Of a stretch of 33,091 nt of DNA, positions 1 through 7,231 are shown piece after piece (position 1 is the first letter of the stretch; each line of letters starts with the position of its first letter). This stretch comes from Deltaproteobacteria bacterium (GTDB lineage: Bacteria; Desulfobacterota; Binatia; Binatales; Binataceae). The DNA lies in contig JAJXYM010000193.1 of NCBI GenBank assembly GCA_021780585.1, positions 1 through 33,091 of the forward strand, written 5' to 3'. The position numbers and the translations under genes are program-made. A model generated the notes under the pieces. It saw only the letters and a list, made by a program, of their open reading frames with translations. It ran no database searches and was not told the origin of the DNA.

Positions 1-2301
1 GGCATCGACCTGATCTATTACGGCGTGGGTGGGCGGATGGAGTTCGATCTCGCGATCGCGCCGCACGCCCGGCTCGCTTCCGTCCGGCTCGAATTGAGCG
101 GCGCGCGCGCCGCCCGCGTCGACCAGACGGGAAATCTGGTCCTCGCGACCGCGGCGGGCGCCCTCCGTCTGATGCGTCCGACGGTCTACGCCGAGAGTGG
201 CGCGCGCGCCGGGGCCGCGCCCACGCGGAGCCGCGTCGATGGCCGCTACGCGATCCTGGCGCGGCGCGACGGTCGGGTGACGATCGGCTTTCGGCTCGGC
301 CCGCACGATCCCAAGGCCCGCGTCGTGATCGATCCGGCGCTCGACTACGCGAGCTTTCTCGGCGGCGTCGGCCGCGACGTCGCCACCGCCGTCGCGGCCG
401 ACGCCGCGGGGGACGTTTTTGTCGCCGGGATGACGACCTCGCCGGATTTTCCCGTCACGCCGGGCGCGATCGATTCCTCATGCTGGTACTGCTCGAATCG
501 CGGGAGCGATTTTTTCGCCAGCGCCTTTGTCAGTGAATTGCGGCCGGCCGCGCCCGGCGCGGCCCAACTGGTCTATTCGACCTACCTTGGCGGAAGCGAC
601 GGATGGGGCGGCGGCGCGGCGGCGATCGCGCTGGATTCGCGCGGCTATGCGCATCTGGCGGGCGTTACCGATTCGAGCGATTTCCCGGTGACGCCGGGCG
701 CCGTCGAACGTTCCTGCGCGGGTCGCGAACAGCCGTTCCTCGCGATTCTGAATCCCTCCGCCGCTGGAACCGCGCAACTGGTCTACGCGAGCTGTATTGG
801 CGGACGCTCCGCCTATGCGGGCGCGACGGCGCTGGCGCTCGATTCCGCCGGGCGCGACTACCTCGCCGGATATACCGCCGACGCCGATTTTCCGGTCACT
901 GCGGATGCGTTGGAGGCTTCGTGTCCCGGATGCGGCGCCGGCCGGAGCGACGGCTTCCTGAGCGTAATCGATTCGTCCGTGGCGGGCGGCGCCGGTCTGA
1001 TTTATTCGACCTTTATCGGCGGTGGCGGAAATCCGCATGGCGCCGGCGACGCGGCAACGTCGCTCGCGGTTGCCGCATCGGGCGACGTATGGCTCGCCGG
1101 AACGACCGGGTCGGACGATTTTCCGACCACTTCCGGCGCGATCGAGCCGTCCTGTCCGAGCGCGGCGGCTCCCAACGGATGCGGCGCCGGTTTCGTCGCG
1201 CATCTGCGCACTAACGCCGGCGCGCCGGCGCTTGCCTATGCGACCTATCTCGGCGGATCGGTCAACGGCGACGGAATCGCCGCGTTGGCGCTGGCTCCGG
1301 ACGGCGATCCGGTCGTGGCCGGCGGGACTTTTTCGCCCGATTTTCCAGTCAGCGATAACGCCTACCAGAAAAAATGTGGCGGCGGATGCGCGCATGGCGA
1401 CGCCTTTGTCGCCGTGATCGCGCCGAACGCGCCGCCCCCGCGTCAGTTGAGCTATGCGAGTTTTCTGGGCGGCGGCGGATCGGCGGCGGGCGGCGATTCC
1501 GCGACCGCGATCGCGGCGGCTCCGGACGGCGATATATACCTCGCTGGCGCCGCGCTCTCGCTCGATTTCCCGATCACGGCCGACGCCGCTCAGTCGCAAT
1601 GCGTCGCCTGCGCGAAAAATCCGCCGGCGCCGAACGCCTTCGTCGCCATCGTGCGGCCGTCGGCGGCGCGCGCGCGATCGCTGGTCTACGCGACCTATCT
1701 GGGCGGATCGGGCGGCTTCGACGGAACCTCGCCGGCGGGCGACGCCGCCATCGCGATCGCGTTCGATCCCGCCAGCGGCGGCCTGTACGTTGTCGGCGGC
1801 GCCGCTTCGGCCGACTTTCCCGTCACCGCCAACGGCTATCAAACACGCTGTCACGGATGCCTTGACGGTCAGGGCGGGAACGCCTTCGTCGCGCATTTCA
1901 CCGCGCCCGCCGATCGGCAGCCCACGCCGACGCCGACCGCGACGCCATCACCGACGCCCGCGCCGGATCCAGCCGGGTCGCTCGAATATCGTCCCGGCCG
2001 CCTGAACTTCGGCGCCGCACGGATCGGGAGGGGCGCGCGCCGGCGCACGCTTACGCTGCGCAATCGCGATCGGGCGCCGATCGCGATTGCGGGAATCGCG
2101 GTCAGCGGCGGCCCGGATTTTGCCGCGACCAGCGCTTGCGGACCGATTCTCGCGGCGGGTCGGCGATGCGCCGTGACGGTGAGTTTTCGGCCGCAATTGC
2201 CGGGTCGCCGGCAGGCGGCGCTCGAAATCGTCGATAACGCCCGCAACAGTCCGCAGACGATCGAGTTATTCGGCACGGGACTCGGGTTTCCGCGGCGCTA
2301 G
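1..2301 (+). CDS. Secreted SBBP-repeat (seven-bladed beta-propeller) protein with Pro/Thr linker and C-terminal ASH/choice-of-anchor-D-like Ig domain; 5' end lies outside the window
   Basis: Frame is open from base 1 (GIDLIYYG..GRMEFDLAIAP, typical of the N-terminal region of SBBP proteins). IDPALDYASFLGG is followed by seven repeats of the form 'Y(S/A)(T/S)(Y/F)LGG...A.AIA.D..G..Y.AG.T.S.DFP.T..A'. PTPTPTATPSPTP linker, then a domain ending ...DNARNSPQTIELFGTG. Confidence 0.85.
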   Translation, partial: GIDLIYYGVGGRMEFDLAIAPHARLASVRLELSGARAARVDQTGNLVLATAAGALRLMRPTVYAESGARAGAAPTRSRVDGRYAILARRDGRVTIGFRLGPHDPKARVVIDPALDYASFLGGVGRDVATAVAADAAGDVFVAGMTTSPDFPVTPGAIDSSCWYCSNRGSDFFASAFVSELRPAAPGAAQLVYSTYLGGSDGWGGGAAAIALDSRGYAHLAGVTDSSDFPVTPGAVERSCAGREQPFLAILNPSAAGTAQLVYASCIGGRSAYAGATALALDSAGRDYLAGYTADADFPVTADALEASCPGCGAGRSDGFLSVIDSSVAGGAGLIYSTFIGGGGNPHGAGDAATSLAVAASGDVWLAGTTGSDDFPTTSGAIEPSCPSAAAPNGCGAGFVAHLRTNAGAPALAYATYLGGSVNGDGIAALALAPDGDPVVAGGTFSPDFPVSDNAYQKKCGGGCAHGDAFVAVIAPNAPPPRQLSYASFLGGGGSAAGGDSATAIAAAPDGDIYLAGAALSLDFPITADAAQSQCVACAKNPPAPNAFVAIVRPSAARARSLVYATYLGGSGGFDGTSPAGDAAIAIAFDPASGGLYVVGGAASADFPVTANGYQTRCHGCLDGQGGNAFVAHFTAPADRQPTPTPTATPSPTPAPDPAGSLEYRPGRLNFGAARIGRGARRRTLTLRNRDRAPIAIAGIAVSGGPDFAATSACGPILAAGRRCAVTVSFRPQLPGRRQAALEIVDNARNSPQTIELFGTGLGFPRR

Positions 2302-2352
2302 ACGATCACGACCGCGGGCGCTGGCGTCATCGCGCCCGGCGGGTCGGCGCGG

Positions 2353-4593
2353 TCATCGCGGCGCCCGTCCGCTGCCGGTGAGCGCGACGGTTTGCGGCGA
2401 ATCGCCGGCGTCGTCGGCGATTTGCAGCGTCACCGGAGCGGCGGGTCCGGATGCGGACGGCGTGAAGCGCACCGTGAATTTGCAGCTTTTGCCCGGTCCG
2501 ATCATCGCGCCGGCGCAATTTCCGGCCGCGCTAAAGTCGCCGCCCGCCGTCACCTGTCCGACCATCACCCAGCCCGTCTGGGTCCGGGGATTGTTGATCG
2601 TCACGATGCGGGGCGGACTCGGTTTGCCGACCGCGACATTGTTGAATGCGATCGCGGCGGGCGTGACCTTGAGCGTTGGCGGACGCGGCAGCGTGCGCGC
2701 ATAGGCCGGCACGAAGACGGCGGCGTCCACCGTGCCCCATCCGGTGGCGAGATCGAAGCCCGGCCCAGCGTCGAAACCGGCCACGCCGTTGTATCCGTTA
2801 TTGCCGCTGACGACGTCGCGCAGGCCGACCGCGCTCTGGCCCGCCGCGGCGAGGTCATACAGCGTTGGATTAAGCCGGCCAATACGGCCGCCGGCGGCCT
2901 GCACGATCAGCCGCGCGATTCCGGCCCATCCCGGCGCGGCGAGGCTGGTGCCGCCGGCGATGACGATCGCGACTGCGCCGCGCCCGTCGCATCCGGCGGA
3001 CGCAAACACGCAACTGCCGTCCATCACCGTGATAGCGCCGGGATAATAGGGACTCGCGATCAGGGAGAGATCAGGCACGTCGCGCACGCCGTCGGCCGGC
3101 GTGTCGGCGCTCTGATACGACGGTTTGGCGAACGCGGCGCTGCGCCCGCCGCCGCTCGCCCCGCCGCCCGCGATTCCGTCGTCGGGATCGTTCCAGACCC
3201 GTTCCGCGACGCTGCCGACGTCGTTGCCGTTGCCGTCGTAAACGGGATCGAAGGAGACGCCGCCGACGGCGGTGACATTCGGATCGGCCGCAAGCTCGCT
3301 GACGGTGGGCGAGGTTGCGGCGATGCATTGATTGTTGACGGGATCATAGACGACGCCCGCCGCGCCCTGATCGCCGCTCGACGCGATCACGGTCTGGCCC
3401 TGGCTGGCGGCCTGCGCGAAGATCGGATCGAGCGTCGCCGTGTAGAACGACGACGGGTTGCCGCAGTAGCTGTAACTGATGCTGACCACGGGGCAGGCGT
3501 TGTCGATGACCGCCGCGCGGATCGCGTCGAGCAATCCGTCGCCGGCGGCGGCGATCGCGTTATTGCCGAGATAGTAGCGCAGCGGCGATCCGGGCGCGGC
3601 CGCATGCGCCCATTCCAGATCGAGAAATGTCTCCATTTCGTCGCCGTTGATACCGGGACTCTTGCGGTCGGCCATGACCTTGCGGATCCCGGCGCCCGGC
3701 AGACGGAAGCGTGAGTTGAACGCGGCGACGGGGCGCGCGACAAAGTCGGAATCGCCCACAATCCCGATACATCCCGCGGCGCCCGCTCCTTTCAATCCGG
3801 CGCCGAGCAGGGGGCTTTCGTCATAGAAAGTCTGAAAATCGGCGGGACCGAAAAACGTTCCGAGATTCCTGACGTAATACTCGGGCGCGGGATTTTCGGG
3901 CAGCATCCCGCCCGCGACCAGCGCGTCGCCCGTGTCCGCCGCCACTTGCAGCGCGCCGGAATCCGTGGCCGCCGGGCGCAATTCGCTCCGGCGCAACGCC
4001 GGCCTCGCGGCATGCAGATTGTCGAGGCCGCGTACCGACTCGATTACGCTGGCGACCGACGCCGGCAACTCGGGATCGTCGGCGTTGCCGTAATGGCCGG
4101 CGTCCGCGACTTGCAGAATCGCGACGTTGAAGGCGCGCGCAGCCTGCGCGACCGTGCCGGTGAATGCGATCGTGCGCCGCGTCAAATCCGCCGAAGTGAC
4201 GGCAAAGCCCTGCGCTGAGAGCCAGTCCGCGGCGGTTTGCAGATCGCTCGCGGTCGGACCGAAGCGGGCCGCAAATTCATCCGGCGTGAGCCATCGATGA
4301 TAATTCGGCGAGCCGGGAGCCTCCTGCGCGGCGATCAATTGGTCGAGCGCGGCGCGATTGCGCAGCTTGAGCGTCAGCGCCATCGCCAGCGTGCGGCGCG
4401 AATCGGCGGCGCCGACGACGGTGAACCGATCGATGTCCCGCGGATGATTCCCGGCCAGTCGAACCATCATTTGCGCGCGCGCCGGTCGCGAGATTGCGGC
4501 GATCGTCGCGAGCGCAATGATCAGCGCCAGCGCAACCTTCCGGATTGCGGCAATTCTCTCCAGCGCGGGAGACGCATGTCCCTGGAATTCCAT
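2353..4593 (-). CDS. S53 family (sedolisin/kumamolisin-like) serine peptidase with signal peptide, activation pro-domain and C-terminal ASH-like Ig domain
   Basis: Pro-domain 'PGSPNYHRWLTPDEFAARFGP'; catalytic E-x3-D 'ETFLDLEWAHAAAPG'; oxyanion 'SSGDQG'; 'RDVPDLS'; nucleophile 'GGTSLAAPGWAG'; Ca site 'DVVSGNNG...GFDLATGWGT'. Hydrophobic signal ends ARA-Q. Start is uncertain (ATG 4593 or TTG 4605). Confidence 0.9.
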   Translation of the reverse strand: MEFQGHASPALERIAAIRKVALALIIALATIAAISRPARAQMMVRLAGNHPRDIDRFTVVGAADSRRTLAMALTLKLRNRAALDQLIAAQEAPGSPNYHRWLTPDEFAARFGPTASDLQTAADWLSAQGFAVTSADLTRRTIAFTGTVAQAARAFNVAILQVADAGHYGNADDPELPASVASVIESVRGLDNLHAARPALRRSELRPAATDSGALQVAADTGDALVAGGMLPENPAPEYYVRNLGTFFGPADFQTFYDESPLLGAGLKGAGAAGCIGIVGDSDFVARPVAAFNSRFRLPGAGIRKVMADRKSPGINGDEMETFLDLEWAHAAAPGSPLRYYLGNNAIAAAGDGLLDAIRAAVIDNACPVVSISYSYCGNPSSFYTATLDPIFAQAASQGQTVIASSGDQGAAGVVYDPVNNQCIAATSPTVSELAADPNVTAVGGVSFDPVYDGNGNDVGSVAERVWNDPDDGIAGGGASGGGRSAAFAKPSYQSADTPADGVRDVPDLSLIASPYYPGAITVMDGSCVFASAGCDGRGAVAIVIAGGTSLAAPGWAGIARLIVQAAGGRIGRLNPTLYDLAAAGQSAVGLRDVVSGNNGYNGVAGFDAGPGFDLATGWGTVDAAVFVPAYARTLPRPPTLKVTPAAIAFNNVAVGKPSPPRIVTINNPRTQTGWVMVGQVTAGGDFSAAGNCAGAMIGPGKSCKFTVRFTPSASGPAAPVTLQIADDAGDSPQTVALTGSGRAPR

Positions 4594-4907
4594 CCCGTTA
4601 CTCAATTTTAACTATTTCAGCGCCGAATCAAAACTGATTCCAATCAATTGCGGCAATTTACACAATTTGAGTCACTAGGAGTCTAATTGCAAATCCTCCG
4701 CCGACGCAATTCCCGATTTCCCGGACCCGGGTTCGCCCGGCGAAGAGAGGAGGAGCGCCGCTGGCCGCGCGCCTCGCTTCGTCCCGCGAAGGTCATTGTA
4801 AGCTGGTAAATGTTTCAGATTCGGACTTTGCTTGACGCGTTCTTTCCGGCCGCGAAAATCAGGGAAAAGCGCGGTAAAATTGGGATCATTTATCGTCGCT
4901 CCGGCGA

Positions 4908-4923
4908 TGGCATAAGAGATGCT
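4908..4923 (+). promoter_or_regulatory. Putative sigma54 (-24/-12) promoter for the ExeA-like gene
   Basis: TGGCATAAGAGATGCT = TGGCA(T) with GG-N10-GC spacing, about 105 bp upstream of ATG 5029. Confidence 0.6.
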
Positions 4924-5028
4924 TGCGGTGCTTTTCAACGCTGTCGGGCGGGAAGCCGCGGGAGCGTGGCTCGCGAAGAGGGGGAGCCGCGCTCGCGAGG
5001 ATTGAACGTTCGGGCAGATACGATCGTC

Positions 5029-6438
5029 ATGTACTATCGCCATTTCGGCCTGACCGGCGCGCCCTTTCAGTTCACGCCAACGGCGCGGATGCTCTTCATC
5101 AGCCGGTCGCATCGTGACGCTCTTGCGGCGCTGGAATGGAGCCTCGCGCACGAGCCGAGCGGCTTCACCCTGATGTTGGGTGAGACCGGCGCAGGCAAGA
5201 CCACTTTGCTGGTGGCCCTGATGGCGCGTAATCAGGGCGGTATACATATCGCCTGCGTCACCAATCCGCGGCTGGGCTTTGACGGGATCATGCGCGATCT
5301 GCTGCGGCAGTTGGGAATCGCCGCGTGCGGCGCGCAATTCGAGATGGCGGAGGCGTTCGATCGCTTCCTGAGCGGGCTTCCCGCCGGCGACCGCGTTGTG
5401 GTCATGATCGACGAGGCGCAGAGTCTCGCGGCCGACGCGCTGGAGGATTTGCGGCTGTTCGCGAATCGCGCGGACGGCGAAGGCGCGCGACTGCATTTCG
5501 TGCTCGCGGGCCAGCCCGATCTGGCGTGGCGGCTCGGCGCGCCAGAACTTCGGCAGGTCAACGATCGGATCGGAATCCGCACGGCGCTGCAAGCGCTCGA
5601 TCGCGATGAGTCCGCCGCCTACGTCGCGCATCGTGTGGCCGCGTGCGGCGGGACGGTCGCGGAGCTGTTCACGCCGGGCGCGCTCGAGCATCTGCTGGAG
5701 CACTCCGGCGGCAATCCGCGGCGGATCAATGTGCTCTGCCACAATGCGATGCTGGCGGCGTGGAACGCGGGCGAGCCGCGCGTGACGCTCGCGATAGCGC
5801 GGGCGGCGGCGCTCGCGTCCGGCTTCGCCAATGGTCGCGCGGCCGAAGCGCGGCGCGGCGGCGGCAGGTTCGCCGGCCTGCGTCTGACCAGCCTGCGGGC
5901 CGGTTCGATTCGACCGGTGGCGGCGCTCGCGGCGATGGCGTTTTTCGGCCTGGCGGCGGTCTATCTGTGGCAGGGCGATTGGTCCGGGCGCGAGGAGCCG
6001 ACCAGTATCGAGCCGGGCGGTGTGGTGGGCGACGCCGTCACCGAGCATCCGGGGGCCGGCTATATTTCGACTATCCCGAGCGGCGCGACGGATCCCGGCG
6101 GGCTCCTCGCGACCGCACCGGGGCCTGGCCTGAACGATCGCTCCGCCGCCGATGGCGCCGCCGGACGCGGCGCGCCCGCGCAGGTGCGCGTGCGCCCAGG
6201 CGATACGCTGGCGGGGATCGCGGCGCGCTACCTTGGTTCGAAAGATCAGGTCGATCGGCTGGTCGGGGCGAATCCGCGGCTTGGCGACGCCAACCGGATC
6301 TACGCGGGCGAGTTCCTGAATCTGCCCGCGGCCGCCCGTCGCATGACCGCCGCGTCGCGCGGCGTGGTCACGCCGACGGCGGGTGGCGCTGCCGATCGGC
6401 GCGCACTCGCCGCCGACGGCGCGTCCGAGGAGGAATAG
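5029..6438 (+). CDS. ExeA/GspA-like AAA ATPase with one TM segment and C-terminal LysM peptidoglycan-binding domain
   Basis: N-terminus 'MYYRHFGLTGAPFQFTP' is the canonical ExeA start, so ATG 5029 is preferred over 4810. Walker A GETGAGKTT, Walker B VVMIDEAQ, 'LAGQPDL', 'SGGNPRRINVLC'. TM 'VAALAAMAFFGLAAVYLW'. LysM 'VRVRPGDTLAGIAARYLG...ANP.L...NRIYAGEFLNLP'. Confidence 0.85.
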   Translation: MYYRHFGLTGAPFQFTPTARMLFISRSHRDALAALEWSLAHEPSGFTLMLGETGAGKTTLLVALMARNQGGIHIACVTNPRLGFDGIMRDLLRQLGIAACGAQFEMAEAFDRFLSGLPAGDRVVVMIDEAQSLAADALEDLRLFANRADGEGARLHFVLAGQPDLAWRLGAPELRQVNDRIGIRTALQALDRDESAAYVAHRVAACGGTVAELFTPGALEHLLEHSGGNPRRINVLCHNAMLAAWNAGEPRVTLAIARAAALASGFANGRAAEARRGGGRFAGLRLTSLRAGSIRPVAALAAMAFFGLAAVYLWQGDWSGREEPTSIEPGGVVGDAVTEHPGAGYISTIPSGATDPGGLLATAPGPGLNDRSAADGAAGRGAPAQVRVRPGDTLAGIAARYLGSKDQVDRLVGANPRLGDANRIYAGEFLNLPAAARRMTAASRGVVTPTAGGAADRRALAADGASEEE

Positions 6439-6473
6439 CGCGACCGTCGTGCCGGAAACAGGAATTTAAGTTC

Positions 6474-6551
6474 GTTCGCCGATGGACATGGCGGAGCCCG
6501 CGTCGCGTAACCCCCCCCACGCAGCGGAGCGCAGCCCGTCCATCGGCGGAC
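6474..6551. repeat. 14-bp inverted repeat between convergent genes
   Basis: GTTCGCCGATGGAC (6474-6487) and GTCCATCGGCGGAC (6538-6551) pair with one G-U and enclose 50 nt. Confidence 0.7.
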
Positions 6552-6669
6552 ACTCCCATAGCGGGGCGTTTCGTGGTCGGGCGCCGGCCGGTCGTCGGGA
6601 ATTATCGCGACGTCTGTGGGCCGTCGCCGGCAAGACCCGGGACGCCTCTTATTTTTTCCCCCCGGTTCC

Positions 6670-7224
6670 TTACGGATTCGCCATGCGATCGGCAAGTTGA
6701 TCGCTGATTACCGAAGCCTTGCGCGCCAGACTCGACGCCGCGAGATAGTCATGCTGATCGATCGCGCGGCGGGCGGCGCTGACAAAGCCGCTCGCCTGGC
6801 TGTAGCTCGAAGCCTCGTCGCCGCGCAATTTGGCGCGATCGATGCGCGCGAGCCTGGCCCCGGCGTCATCGAGCAGATGCTCCGCGCTCACGCGGTCTTG
6901 GGCTTCGTCGCCGAGCGTCACGGTGGTGACGGCGGCCGGCGCGGCCGGCTCCTGACGAGCGGGCGCGGTCGCGACCGGATGCGCGCTGGGATGCGCATGG
7001 CCGCGATGCGTGGTCGCGCCCGCTTCCTCCGGCGCCACGCGCAACGGTAGCGGTCGTGGGCGCTCGCCGCTGGCGCGGGACGCCCTGGGGGTCGGCCGCG
7101 CCGGCTGCGGTCGCGTGGCGAACGGATTCGGCAGTCCCAACTGGGCGCATCCGGCGCACGCGGCGGCGAGGCCAATCGCGATTAGCCGGAGCGTCCCGGT
7201 ACGGAATGTACGCCTGGCGATCAC
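6670..7224 (-). CDS. Predicted lipoprotein with low-complexity linker and C-terminal helical hairpin; function unknown
   Basis: Basic N-region, hydrophobic stretch and lipobox-like 'AACAG-C'. Pro/Ala/Arg-rich linker. Amphipathic helical C-terminus 'AEHLLDDAGARLARI...ASGFVSAARRAIDQHDYLAASSLARKA'. GTG start lies 7 bp after the upstream kinase stop. Confidence 0.7.
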   Translation of the reverse strand: MIARRTFRTGTLRLIAIGLAAACAGCAQLGLPNPFATRPQPARPTPRASRASGERPRPLPLRVAPEEAGATTHRGHAHPSAHPVATAPARQEPAAPAAVTTVTLGDEAQDRVSAEHLLDDAGARLARIDRAKLRGDEASSYSQASGFVSAARRAIDQHDYLAASSLARKASVISDQLADRMANP

Positions 7225-7231
7225 GCGCGCT

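Noticed and set aside
478-1865. CxxC motifs in the SBBP protein as heme c attachment sites
   Set aside because: None is followed directly by His (CWYCS, CPGCG, CVACA, CHGCL), so they are not CxxCH motifs.
1918-1965. Short-period ccgacg/ccgacc repeats
   Set aside because: They encode the Pro/Thr linker; this is not an independent DNA repeat or CRISPR.
4810-5028. N-terminal extension of the ExeA-like ORF in the track
   Set aside because: Family similarity starts at MYYRHFGL (5029), and the extension overlaps the putative sigma54 promoter.
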